This document shows positions 22,994 through 31,642 of a stretch of 34,705 nucleotides of DNA, piece after piece (the stretch's first letter is position 1; the number at the start of each line of letters is the position of its first letter). The notes beneath the pieces were generated by a model. That model had not been told where the DNA came from and ran no database searches. It saw only the letters and a list, made by a program, of their open reading frames with translations. The position numbers and the translations under genes are program-made. Source of the DNA: a virus (lineage: Duplodnaviria > Caudoviricetes); IMG/VR virus record IMGVR_UViG_3300016265_000662, positions 1 through 34,705 of that record. The stretch is one strand, 5' to 3'.

Positions 22994-24358
22994 TTAGATC
23001 TTGATGAAGTAGCCGACCACGGCGCCCGGCATGCGCACGTTGGAATCGCTCGGCACTGCGGTGTTGCCGGAGATGGTGACCGCTTGCGTGCTGCCGCCAA
23101 GCACCCAGACGCCGCCGCCCGCGCCGCCGGTCGTAGACGTCGTGAACGAACCTGACAGGCCCGTCGCTGCGTGGGTGTGCAAGTTTGTTTCCGAGCCGCC
23201 GACGTTGCCGACCGCATTACCCAGCACGCCCGTGCCGGTGCCGCCTTTGCCGACCAGCGCGCGCCGACGTAGGTCAGGCAGCGTAAACGTCGTGACGCCG
23301 TCGCCCGCGCCCCACGTCGTGCCGACTGCGGAGAACAGCGCGGCGTAGGTCGAGCGGCTGACGTTCGCGCCGTTGCACTCGAGGTATCCCGTCGGCGTCG
23401 AGCCGCCACCGTAGGCAATGATGGTGCCGGGCGCCGCTGTCTGCGCGACCGGCGTGCCGTCGGCCTTGGTGTAGGCCAGGCACACCCAGACGCCCGCGGA
23501 CGCCTCGTAGAAGGTCGCAATGTCGCCGGCCGCGGTCGTGATGCCGATCGCACCTGGCAGGACCAAGTTCGCACTGTGAGCAATCGACAGCGAGCCGGTA
23601 AACCGCAGCACGGCAATGGTGCCGACGCCGACGCTCGCGATCGACGAAATGCCAGTGGTGCCGGTAACGCTGAACAGGTTCCCGTCAGGCAGCGTCAGCG
23701 TGGCCGCGCTGGCCACTGTGTTGTGCCGGAAGGTCTGGGTCTTGGTGAACACGTTCGCCGCGCTGGTGAGCTTCGCCGTGTCCGCAGATCCGACGACGCC
23801 GAGCGTGGCCTGCGCCTCGCTCTGGCTGACGTCATCGAGCAGGCCGGCGGCCCAGCTCGTGACCGTGACGAAGCCGGGGATGAGGCCGGCCACGTCGGTG
23901 TTTTCGAGCGCATTGGCGGCGGCGTTCCAGCGCAGGAGCTTCAGCGCCTGCGGGGTCGGCATGAGTGGCGAGACGCCGACCAGCGTGTCCGGGTTGCGCA
24001 GGTAGAACCGCGCAGCGTACTCGAGCTGCTGGATCAGCATCACGGTGCCGTCGATGTCGTCGTCGAGCGTCTGCGCCAGCAAGTCGCCCGCGTCCTGGTA
24101 GTCGGTCGCGCGGGAGAACGGCATCACGCGCCGCAGCCTGACCGCAGCGCCCGCGCCCGGCGGTGTCAGGAACGTGACCGAGCCGCCGGTCGGGCTGCGC
24201 AGGCCGGACACGGTGTAGTGCGTGCCGAGGCTTTGCGTGACGCCGTCGAGGGTGACAACCAGATGCGCCGAGGACAGCACGTAGTAGGTGAACGGGTAGA
24301 CCGTCGCCGTGCCGTTGCCGGTGTAGTCGTTGATCGGCTCGTTTGCGTTGACCGGCAC
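22994..24358 (-). CDS. Tail fibre: T7-type N-terminal adaptor and C-terminal collar domain
   Basis: YTGNGTATVYPFTY...VRLRRVMP; PGTIIAYGG..PTGYLECNGANVSRSTYAALF...TTFTLPDLR. Confidence 0.9.
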   Translation of the reverse strand: MPVNANEPINDYTGNGTATVYPFTYYVLSSAHLVVTLDGVTQSLGTHYTVSGLRSPTGGSVTFLTPPGAGAAVRLRRVMPFSRATDYQDAGDLLAQTLDDDIDGTVMLIQQLEYAARFYLRNPDTLVGVSPLMPTPQALKLLRWNAAANALENTDVAGLIPGFVTVTSWAAGLLDDVSQSEAQATLGVVGSADTAKLTSAANVFTKTQTFRHNTVASAATLTLPDGNLFSVTGTTGISSIASVGVGTIAVLRFTGSLSIAHSANLVLPGAIGITTAAGDIATFYEASAGVWVCLAYTKADGTPVAQTAAPGTIIAYGGGSTPTGYLECNGANVSRSTYAALFSAVGTTWGAGDGVTTFTLPDLRRRALVGKGGTGTGVLGNAVGNVGGSETNLHTHAATGLSGSFTTSTTGGAGGGVWVLGGSTQAVTISGNTAVPSDSNVRMPGAVVGYFIKI

Positions 24359-25963
24359 CTATCGCCTCCCGAAGTCCAGCTCCACTTCATGCACCCCGCC
24401 ACTCGGCCGCCAGTCGCGGCGCGCTGGGTCGGCGATTGGCCCGACAACGCGACCGATCCGCACCGGCTGCGCCTTGATGGCCTCGGCCCCGCTGTCGAGG
24501 AAGTCGTCCGGCTGCCCGGACACGCCCGGCACCCAGTCGCGCATCTGGTCCTCGATGGCGTCCAGCACGCTCGTATGCGCCCACAGGAACCTCCCCGAGA
24601 GCGGCGGCTCCAGCCCGTCGAGGATGCGCCGGTCCTTGCTCGTCGTGCCCGGCTGGAAGGTCTCGATTACCGAAACCCCGGAGCCGGCCATCACCTTGCG
24701 CAGAATCGGCGGTACGAATCCGCCGGGTCCGTTCGTTTCCACCGTGACGGACGGTAGCTGCAGGCGGCGCGTGGTTTCCAATATCTGTCCGCACTGCTCG
24801 TAGATGTCGCCGCGCAGCGCCTGCGCGACGTGCCAGTAGAGCCGGCCGCGCTCGTCGACGAAGACGACCGACAGCGCCGAGGTGTCGCCGCCTAGCTTGC
24901 CCAGCGCGCAATCCCAATAGGCCGACGACGAGACGAGCTGCGTGCGGCCGAGCATGAGGCGCACCGAACCGTTTGCCATCGTGATCTCTGGCTCTGCGTC
25001 GTAGGGGATGATCCGCGCCGGGTCGAGGCGGATGGCCCCGATGGGCTTGGCCTGCAGCTGGTACTGGCTGTCCCACTCGTTCGTCGTCTTGCACTCGGCA
25101 CGGCGGAAGGCGATCTCCTCCCGCGTGAACCGCTGCGGCCATGAGCACCGCGCGTAGATGTCGATCACCTGCTGCGGCGGCTGGTCGAACACCACCGCCC
25201 TGCCCTGCACCTGGTAGTCGAGCCCTTCGACCAGCAGGCGCGCGCCGGCGAACACGTAGAGCCCGTCGGCGGCCGGCCGGAAATTGAACGGGAAGCGCCG
25301 CTGCGTGGGCTTGTCGTAGCGGATGTGGTCCTCGAACAGCGGGATCTTCAGCACGTCCGCGCCGCGGCGGATCTGCTCGTCGTAGATGCTGTCGTGGGTG
25401 TGCGGCGTGCCGATGTAGAGCTTCATGCCGCCGGGCACGAGGATGTGCGTGGCCTCGCTGGTGCGCTCGCGGAGCGCGGCGCGGGCCTCGGCGTTGCGGA
25501 TGTTTCGCGGCACCTCGATGTCGTCGAAGATCACCTCGTCCGCGCGGGCCGAGGTTACGGTCGACATGATCCCGGAGGCCGTGACCGAGGCATTGCGTGC
25601 GTCCGGGTTGCCGACGACGTCGAAGCGACCAGCCGCCGGCTGGCCACCGGGCAGCATGCCCCGGCACAACGGATGCCGGCGCAGCACTGCGCGGGTGTCG
25701 CGGGAGAGCTTGAGACTCACCGGATCGTCCGCGCCCTGGTCGAGGAACCGCCACGCCGGATCGCAGAACAGCCGCCACGCCTGATACACGGCGACGATGG
25801 TGGACTTGGCCGCGCCGCGAAACACCTCCAGCACCGCGAGCCGGCTGCGCCGCTCCAGCCAGTGACAGATCCGCAGGTGCAGCTCCGGCACCTCCCAGCC
25901 CTGAACCTCGGCCCAGAGCAGGAAGAACACGACAAAGCTAATGCGGGGTCTTTTTTCCGCCAC
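24359..25963 (-). CDS. terL: Terminase large subunit
   Basis: Walker A FRGAAKST, Walker B VIFDDIE, coupling motif GTP, nuclease YWDCA...DTSA...DDFLDS. Confidence 0.92.
   Translation of the reverse strand: MAEKRPRISFVVFFLLWAEVQGWEVPELHLRICHWLERRSRLAVLEVFRGAAKSTIVAVYQAWRLFCDPAWRFLDQGADDPVSLKLSRDTRAVLRRHPLCRGMLPGGQPAAGRFDVVGNPDARNASVTASGIMSTVTSARADEVIFDDIEVPRNIRNAEARAALRERTSEATHILVPGGMKLYIGTPHTHDSIYDEQIRRGADVLKIPLFEDHIRYDKPTQRRFPFNFRPAADGLYVFAGARLLVEGLDYQVQGRAVVFDQPPQQVIDIYARCSWPQRFTREEIAFRRAECKTTNEWDSQYQLQAKPIGAIRLDPARIIPYDAEPEITMANGSVRLMLGRTQLVSSSAYWDCALGKLGGDTSALSVVFVDERGRLYWHVAQALRGDIYEQCGQILETTRRLQLPSVTVETNGPGGFVPPILRKVMAGSGVSVIETFQPGTTSKDRRILDGLEPPLSGRFLWAHTSVLDAIEDQMRDWVPGVSGQPDDFLDSGAEAIKAQPVRIGRVVGPIADPARRDWRPSGGVHEVELDFGRR
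24751..24783 (-). promoter_or_regulatory. Putative late promoter, copy 3 (inside terL, upstream of the fibre/lysis genes)
   Basis: TATTGGAAACCACGCG-N11-TACCGT; 15/16 match to copies 1 and 2. Confidence 0.55.
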
Positions 25964-26267
25964 CCATCTGCGCCTCGAGGAATGCCGACGCGCGCTGCTC
26001 GGCGCGGGCGATCAGATCCTGCAGGTCGGCCTCGACGTCCGCTGGCTTGTCGGCCGCGTCCTGCATCCGTTGCCCGACGAACACGAGCTGCGTGACGATG
26101 GCGAGCGTCTTGGCCGCGTTCTTCTTCAGCCAGAGCCGGTCGCCGCGTCCGTCGCGGGAGTCCATCGACGGCCAGGTGGCCGGGTCGGCCTCTTCGATGA
26201 ACACCTCGGTGAGCTGCTGCGCGAGGTCGTTCAGCCGTTCGAGCTGGTCAGGCCGCAGGCGGATCAC
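25938..26267 (-). CDS. terS: Probable terminase small subunit
   Basis: 109 aa, helical; EADPATWP...RGDRLWLKKNA; overlaps the terL start. Confidence 0.65.
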   Translation of the reverse strand: MIRLRPDQLERLNDLAQQLTEVFIEEADPATWPSMDSRDGRGDRLWLKKNAAKTLAIVTQLVFVGQRMQDAADKPADVEADLQDLIARAEQRASAFLEAQMGGGKKTPH

Positions 26268-26494
26268 AGCACCTTGCTCCAGCGCAGGAAGCGCTCGATG
26301 ACCTTGAATGTCTTCGTGCAGCTGACGACCATCAGGAACGGCGACGCCAGCGCCGCGAAAAACACCAGCACCGCCTGAAACGGCTGCGGCACGAACATCA
26401 GCACCCAGAACATCGAAGCGATCAGCGCCACGCCCGGCAGGCCGACGCTGCAGATGACGAACACCGCGCCCACGAACTCAAGTATTTTCCTCAT
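26264..26494 (-). CDS. Small two-TM membrane protein
   Basis: 76 aa, very hydrophobic; ATGA and GTGA coupling at its ends. Confidence 0.65.
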   Translation of the reverse strand: MRKILEFVGAVFVICSVGLPGVALIASMFWVLMFVPQPFQAVLVFFAALASPFLMVVSCTKTFKVIERFLRWSKVL

Positions 26495-29400
26495 TCCAAC
26501 GCCCTCCCGAGGTCCGGCGCGCGGCGCGGCTGCGCCTGCCCCGGCTCCCACCAGTATTCCTGATTGAACTCCTTCCGCGCCCGCCGCTTCATGTTGCGGA
26601 TGTAGCCCGGCGAAAAATAGTCCTGCAGCTGCTGGAAGATCAGGTGGTCGAACGCGGCCCGCGCGTACCAGAGGCTGCTGCCCGGCGTGATCCCCTTGAT
26701 GAACTTGGTCAGCTCGGCGCCGAAGTGCGTGTCTTCACCTTGCGCGGCCTCGACGAGGTTGCCGGCGCTCAGCATGAAGGCTTCTTCCAGCAGGCTGATC
26801 TGCGGGCCGAGGAACGTCGCCACCGGGCCGCGATAGTTCTGCGTCGACAGGCTATAGAGGAAGTCCGCGAAGATGCCCAGCGAGCCGCCTTGCAGCAACG
26901 CTTCCCCGAAAAACCGAGCGTCCGACATTTTCTTCGGGTCGCGGCCGTTGATCAGCTCCCTGATCTGCAGCGTCAGCGCCCCGAGCACCGTGGTAGTGGC
27001 GATCAGCGACGCCATGTATACGGCCCGCCCAGCGCCCGGCATCCGCGACGCACGGCCCCAATGCCGCGTGATCATCGCAATCGGGAACGACTTGAACAGG
27101 AAAAACGAACGCACCAGCTCGCCCTTAAGCGTACCGCGCTGGACGTTCTCCTGCATGATCCGGCGCTCGCGCGCACCGGGCACGATCACCGCCATGTCGA
27201 CCTCCTCGCGCACCACGCCCATCAGCCGCAGCATGGCGTCGCGGCGGGCCTGCCGGATGGCGCGGGACTGCTGGACGTCGACCTGGGCCTCGATGCGCTC
27301 GACGGCGCGCTGGCGCTGGGCGAACCGCTCGCGCGCGCGGGCCACCATTGCGCCCAGCTCCTTGGCTTGAGCATCCAGCCGGTCGGCCAGCTCCTTGTCT
27401 TTGCCCTCGATGCGCGTCTGGGCGTCGGCGTCGAGCGCTGTGATGCGCTGCTCGAGATCGGCAATCGCGCGCTCGGACTTCGCCAGCCGCCGGCCCAGCC
27501 GCTCGCCGATGCCGCCCCGCTGCCGGCTCGACGCCTGCACGTTGCGCTCGACGCGCGGCATCATGCCCTCGGCCGCCGCGCCCTCCTCGACCGCGTAGAG
27601 GAACTGCCGGACCTGCTCCTGCTGCTTCTGCGCGAGCAGGTAGGCGTTGATGTCGGCCTCGACGGCGGCGCGCTCCGCGCGGGCCTTGAGCAACTCGCCG
27701 CGCGCCCGCAGCGCCTGCGTCGCCTTGTCGGTCTTGCCCCGCACCCGCGCGCTGAACTGGTCGAGCAGCGTCGCTGCCCTCGTGCGTGCCGCGTCCAGCT
27801 TGGCGGCCCGCTTCAGCAATCGCGCCTCGTCCGTCGCATTCCGCTCGTAGAGCTTCCCGATGGCCTCGTCTGCCTTGGCCCGGATCTCGTCGAGCTGCGG
27901 CCGGATGACTGCCGCGACCTTTGCGTCGTCGAGCTGGGCGATGGCGTCAGGCGTCAGTACGCCGTCGTTGCCGTTCCCGAAGTCCTCGAGGTCCGCCTGC
28001 TTCCAAAGGTTCCAGTCGGTCTCGGTCACGCCCTTCGACAGCAGGATGCGGTTGTCCAGCTCGTCCAGCTCGCTGAATGCCTTCTCGCGGCTCAAGCTGC
28101 CCAGGTTGTCCATCATCAGGACACCGAACGCGCGCTGCCGCGCCTCGGTGATCGCGTTCAGGCCGGACACCCGCAGCGAAGCCGTTGCAAGCTTGCTGGT
28201 GAATGACGTCAGGGTGTCGGTGCCGAAGCGGTTCAGCGAACCTATCAGCGTGTCCATCGCGAGGCCCGCGCGGCGCGCGAGGCGCAGCTCGGTGCGGTTC
28301 AGCGGGTTCAGCGTAGCAAGCTGGTTGCGCAGGAGCTGCACATGGCTCAGGCCGTTGACCGCCGCAGTCGTGTGCATCGTGCCCAAGTCCGAAATAGCCG
28401 AGATGGGCGCCGAGCCGAGGCGGCCCGCGACCAGCAGGCTGCGCAGGTTGTCCGACCAGCGGGCAATCCGTTCACTGGCCACTGGCAGCGTGCGGCCAGC
28501 GACGATGTTGTATTGGGCTTCCAGCCGCAGCACCTGTTTAGCGATGTCGCCGGCCTGCGTCGGATCTGCCGTCGCTGCCTCCTTCTGCGCCCGGTCGAGC
28601 AGCAGGCGGAAGGTGTGGTCGGGGTTGGGGCCGAAGGTTTCGACCAGCGCCAGATCGCGCGCGAGCACGCCGATGTGGCCGGTGAGCACTTCGTACAGAC
28701 CCTTCTCGCCGAACTGGTCTAGGTAGCCGAGGTAGGCGTCGGCGTCGCGGAAGTGGATCTGCCGCTCCTCTGCGTGGCGGTTCGCCTTCATGCCGGTGCC
28801 GCGGAACTTGCCGGGCTCCAGCTTGTTTGCGCCCTGGCTCGCGATGGACAGCCACGCCTCGCCGAGGAACTCGCGGAGCTGGGTGTCGTCCATCAGCGTG
28901 CCGTCGTCGTTCACGTACCGATCGCGGTTCAGTCGCGGGAGGATGTCGTCGATCCACGCATCGCGCCCAGCCTTCGCGACCTTCACGCTGCTGTGATGGT
29001 GCGGCATGCCCCAGTCGTCGAGTTTGCCGATGCGCCCGCCGGCCTCGTTGAACTGCAGCCGCAGCGCCTCGGTGACGGTGCGCCACGCCTCGGCGGCGCG
29101 CATTGCCTGCGGGTCGTCGACCTGCTCGCCGAAGATGGCACGGGCCAGCGTGCGCAGGTTCTGGGTCTGCTCGACCAAGCCGAGCCAGGTGCCTGCGTTC
29201 GCCTCCCACAGATCCTGCAACTGGCGGTTCGCATCGGCCTCGATGACCTTGGCCCGCGTCTCGACCGACTGCACCCGCCCCTTGCCGCCAGCCTTGAACG
29301 CGAGCAGCTCGTCCAGCGCGTCGAGCGCGGTGCCGGGGAAGCTGCGCACGTACTGCGTGAGCTGCGACACCTTGAGCGCCGAGAGTGTCGTGCGCTGCTG

Positions 29401-29616
29401 CTTCTTGCGGGCCTCGGCGACCATGTCCTCGGCCGCGATGCGGGCGGCCTCCTGCAGCCGCTGCTCCGGCGTCATCGACATGGCGCGCAGGCGGTCCTCC
29501 CGGTTGAACCGGCGCAGGCTTGCGACCAGCCGCTCCTCGATGCCGCGCACCTCGGCCGCTGTGGGCTCGCGGCCGATAGCCTGCTGCATTGCCTGCACGC
29601 ACTCCGGTCGCGCCAT
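26491..29616 (-). CDS. Large internal virion (DNA ejection) protein
   Basis: 1041 aa, helical; GELVRSFFLFKSFPIAM and ALLQGGSLGIFADFL motifs typical of BPP-1-like ejection proteins; GGGAGG RBS. Confidence 0.82.
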   Translation of the reverse strand: MARPECVQAMQQAIGREPTAAEVRGIEERLVASLRRFNREDRLRAMSMTPEQRLQEAARIAAEDMVAEARKKQQRTTLSALKVSQLTQYVRSFPGTALDALDELLAFKAGGKGRVQSVETRAKVIEADANRQLQDLWEANAGTWLGLVEQTQNLRTLARAIFGEQVDDPQAMRAAEAWRTVTEALRLQFNEAGGRIGKLDDWGMPHHHSSVKVAKAGRDAWIDDILPRLNRDRYVNDDGTLMDDTQLREFLGEAWLSIASQGANKLEPGKFRGTGMKANRHAEERQIHFRDADAYLGYLDQFGEKGLYEVLTGHIGVLARDLALVETFGPNPDHTFRLLLDRAQKEAATADPTQAGDIAKQVLRLEAQYNIVAGRTLPVASERIARWSDNLRSLLVAGRLGSAPISAISDLGTMHTTAAVNGLSHVQLLRNQLATLNPLNRTELRLARRAGLAMDTLIGSLNRFGTDTLTSFTSKLATASLRVSGLNAITEARQRAFGVLMMDNLGSLSREKAFSELDELDNRILLSKGVTETDWNLWKQADLEDFGNGNDGVLTPDAIAQLDDAKVAAVIRPQLDEIRAKADEAIGKLYERNATDEARLLKRAAKLDAARTRAATLLDQFSARVRGKTDKATQALRARGELLKARAERAAVEADINAYLLAQKQQEQVRQFLYAVEEGAAAEGMMPRVERNVQASSRQRGGIGERLGRRLAKSERAIADLEQRITALDADAQTRIEGKDKELADRLDAQAKELGAMVARARERFAQRQRAVERIEAQVDVQQSRAIRQARRDAMLRLMGVVREEVDMAVIVPGARERRIMQENVQRGTLKGELVRSFFLFKSFPIAMITRHWGRASRMPGAGRAVYMASLIATTTVLGALTLQIRELINGRDPKKMSDARFFGEALLQGGSLGIFADFLYSLSTQNYRGPVATFLGPQISLLEEAFMLSAGNLVEAAQGEDTHFGAELTKFIKGITPGSSLWYARAAFDHLIFQQLQDYFSPGYIRNMKRRARKEFNQEYWWEPGQAQPRRAPDLGRALE

Positions 29617-29617
29617 G

Positions 29618-31642
29618 TCAGCCTCCCATGAATCGGATGGCGCACGCGGCGAGCGCCTGCGTGCCGTTGGCCAGTGTCTCGACGGTGCGCGTCTCGGCCT
29701 CGGCCGCTGCCAGCGCGTCGGCGGCGGACAACACGTTGCCGTCGTCGTCGACGATCTGCAGCTCGGGGTCGGCCGTGATGGCCTCGCGGGCGGCGTCGGT
29801 CGTCAGCTGGGTTTCGAGGTCGGGGGCGGCGCGGCCGGCGGCGGGCGAGGACTCTGTTTGAGGCCGAGACGCTTCAAATACCTCGGGCACCGAAGGCGCT
29901 TCAGAGCCGACGCTCGCATCCGGTCGAGCACGCAACGGCGTCCGGACTTGATCCGTTTGGCGGGCGCGAGCTGGTTGGTTGCCGTCAACTCGGTGCTCGA
30001 TTACCCTGAGCCCATCCCCGGGAAGCGTTTCGGACGTAGGACGAAGGCTCTCGATTAACGATGTGGCATTAGTCGTCCCGGGGTACTTGCGCATGCTCTG
30101 CGCCGAGAGCGTCTTTCTGCCAGTTCTCTTTTCCTCGAGATACAGGGTCGACCCATCAGGCATCCGCTTGATGTAGGCGACGAGGTCGCGGCCAATCTTG
30201 TTGGACAAGCCGTACACCGTATAGTCAGGGTCCCCTATCACCTCTGGGACCGCCTCGATGTCGGCATCTGTGATCGCGATTTGCCCGCGCTTCGACTCGG
30301 CGGCCGCGTCTCCGTGCCTCTTGAAAATATGCAGAATCGCGCTTCGGTCGACGGCATGTGAATACCCTTCGAGGTCCCAGCCGACAGAAGCGGCCTCCTC
30401 TATTGCTTCACGCGAGACCGGCATCAGCACGAAATTGGGATTACCGTCCCGCTTTTCCTTTGCGGCCAGGAGCGCAGCACGGATGGCGCTCTTCGCTCGC
30501 TCCACGAGTTCCGGGATGAGCCTGCGCCGCGCTACGGGCGCAGCTCCGAGCACCTCCCGCATCGCCTCTTGCGCCCGCTGCACCTCTGGCGACGGCGGCA
30601 GCGGCTCGAACTCGTCCGGCCGCACGGAGGCCGTCACCGGCTCGTCGGCGGCCAGCTCGGCCACCGCCTGGCGAATGGCGGCGACGTGCGCGTCGAGCGC
30701 CTCGGGCGTGCGCGGGCGACCTGGTGCGAGTTGCACCACCCGGTGCTGGTGCGCATTCAGAAGCGCCGAGGCGTCGAGCAGCTCGGGGTCGGGCGTCCAT
30801 GTCGCGTCGAGGATCGGACGGTCGACCAGCGTACGAGGGTCGACCCCGTCCGGCGCCGGCATGGGCGCGTCAGCCGGCGGCGGTGCTTCCGCCCCTGCTG
30901 CGGCAGGCTCTGGCGGCGGCGGCTCTGCTTTCGGTCGCGGCGGGTCGGTGTACCAGCTCACGCCCCCGAACAGCGCGCCGGTCAGCGCGTCGATGGCGCG
31001 CGCTTCGAGGTTCCACGGGTCGTAGGCTTCGGCCTGCTGGTCGTAGCCGCCGCTCTGCAGCACCTGCTGCACGGCAAGCCCGACACCGGCCCCGGCCGCG
31101 GCGTTCGCGCCTGCGCCGAACAGCACACGCTGCGCGAAGGTCTTGCCGAGGAACGGCACCTGAAACGCCACCGCATTGGCTGCGCCCTCGGCGGTCCCGG
31201 CGGCCACCGCTCGCAGCGGCGCGACGCCCTGCTGCGCGAGGTCGGTCGCGGTTGTCATCTGCGTGGTGCCGAGCGCGAGCGCGGGATTGCCGAGGCCAAC
31301 CCCCAGCAGCGTGCCGAACTCAGCCAGCCCGCCGACCACGCGCCCCGCCGTGCCCACCTCGCCCGGCTCGGCGGTCCACCAGTCGCGCGCCGCCCGAAAG
31401 CGGTCGACGATGGGGAAGAGCGTATCGTCGGCCGCCGTGATCCCCTGCGTCCGCAGCGCGCCTGCGACGGCCAGCGTCCCGGCCGCGCCCAGGTTGGAGA
31501 ATGCCCGCATCGGGGCGCGGTAGAGTTCGCCGAGGAGGCCGGCTGTCGGCGGCGCTTCAAGGTCGGACGGCGTCAGCGGGTTACGCGCCAGTTCGCGCTC
31601 GACCAGCGCGTAGGACTCAGGGAACAGGTGGACGACGGACAT
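29618..31642 (-). CDS. Internal virion protein with an inserted BECR (PBECR3-like) nuclease domain
   Basis: Gly/Ala hydrophobic N-terminal half; domain HAVDRSAILHIFKRHGD..ESKRGQIAITDADI...YLEEKRTGRKTL...MRK at about 30070-30520. Confidence 0.75.
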   Translation of the reverse strand: MSVVHLFPESYALVERELARNPLTPSDLEAPPTAGLLGELYRAPMRAFSNLGAAGTLAVAGALRTQGITAADDTLFPIVDRFRAARDWWTAEPGEVGTAGRVVGGLAEFGTLLGVGLGNPALALGTTQMTTATDLAQQGVAPLRAVAAGTAEGAANAVAFQVPFLGKTFAQRVLFGAGANAAAGAGVGLAVQQVLQSGGYDQQAEAYDPWNLEARAIDALTGALFGGVSWYTDPPRPKAEPPPPEPAAAGAEAPPPADAPMPAPDGVDPRTLVDRPILDATWTPDPELLDASALLNAHQHRVVQLAPGRPRTPEALDAHVAAIRQAVAELAADEPVTASVRPDEFEPLPPSPEVQRAQEAMREVLGAAPVARRRLIPELVERAKSAIRAALLAAKEKRDGNPNFVLMPVSREAIEEAASVGWDLEGYSHAVDRSAILHIFKRHGDAAAESKRGQIAITDADIEAVPEVIGDPDYTVYGLSNKIGRDLVAYIKRMPDGSTLYLEEKRTGRKTLSAQSMRKYPGTTNATSLIESLRPTSETLPGDGLRVIEHRVDGNQPARARQTDQVRTPLRARPDASVGSEAPSVPEVFEASRPQTESSPAAGRAAPDLETQLTTDAAREAITADPELQIVDDDGNVLSAADALAAAEAETRTVETLANGTQALAACAIRFMGG

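Noticed and set aside
21218-24358. Diversity-generating retroelement, as in BPP-1
   Set aside because: No reverse transcriptase ORF and no TR/VR repeat of the fibre 3' end were seen.
24905-24921. Fourth copy of the late-promoter box
   Set aside because: Only CCAATAGG matches; the CCACGCG half is absent.
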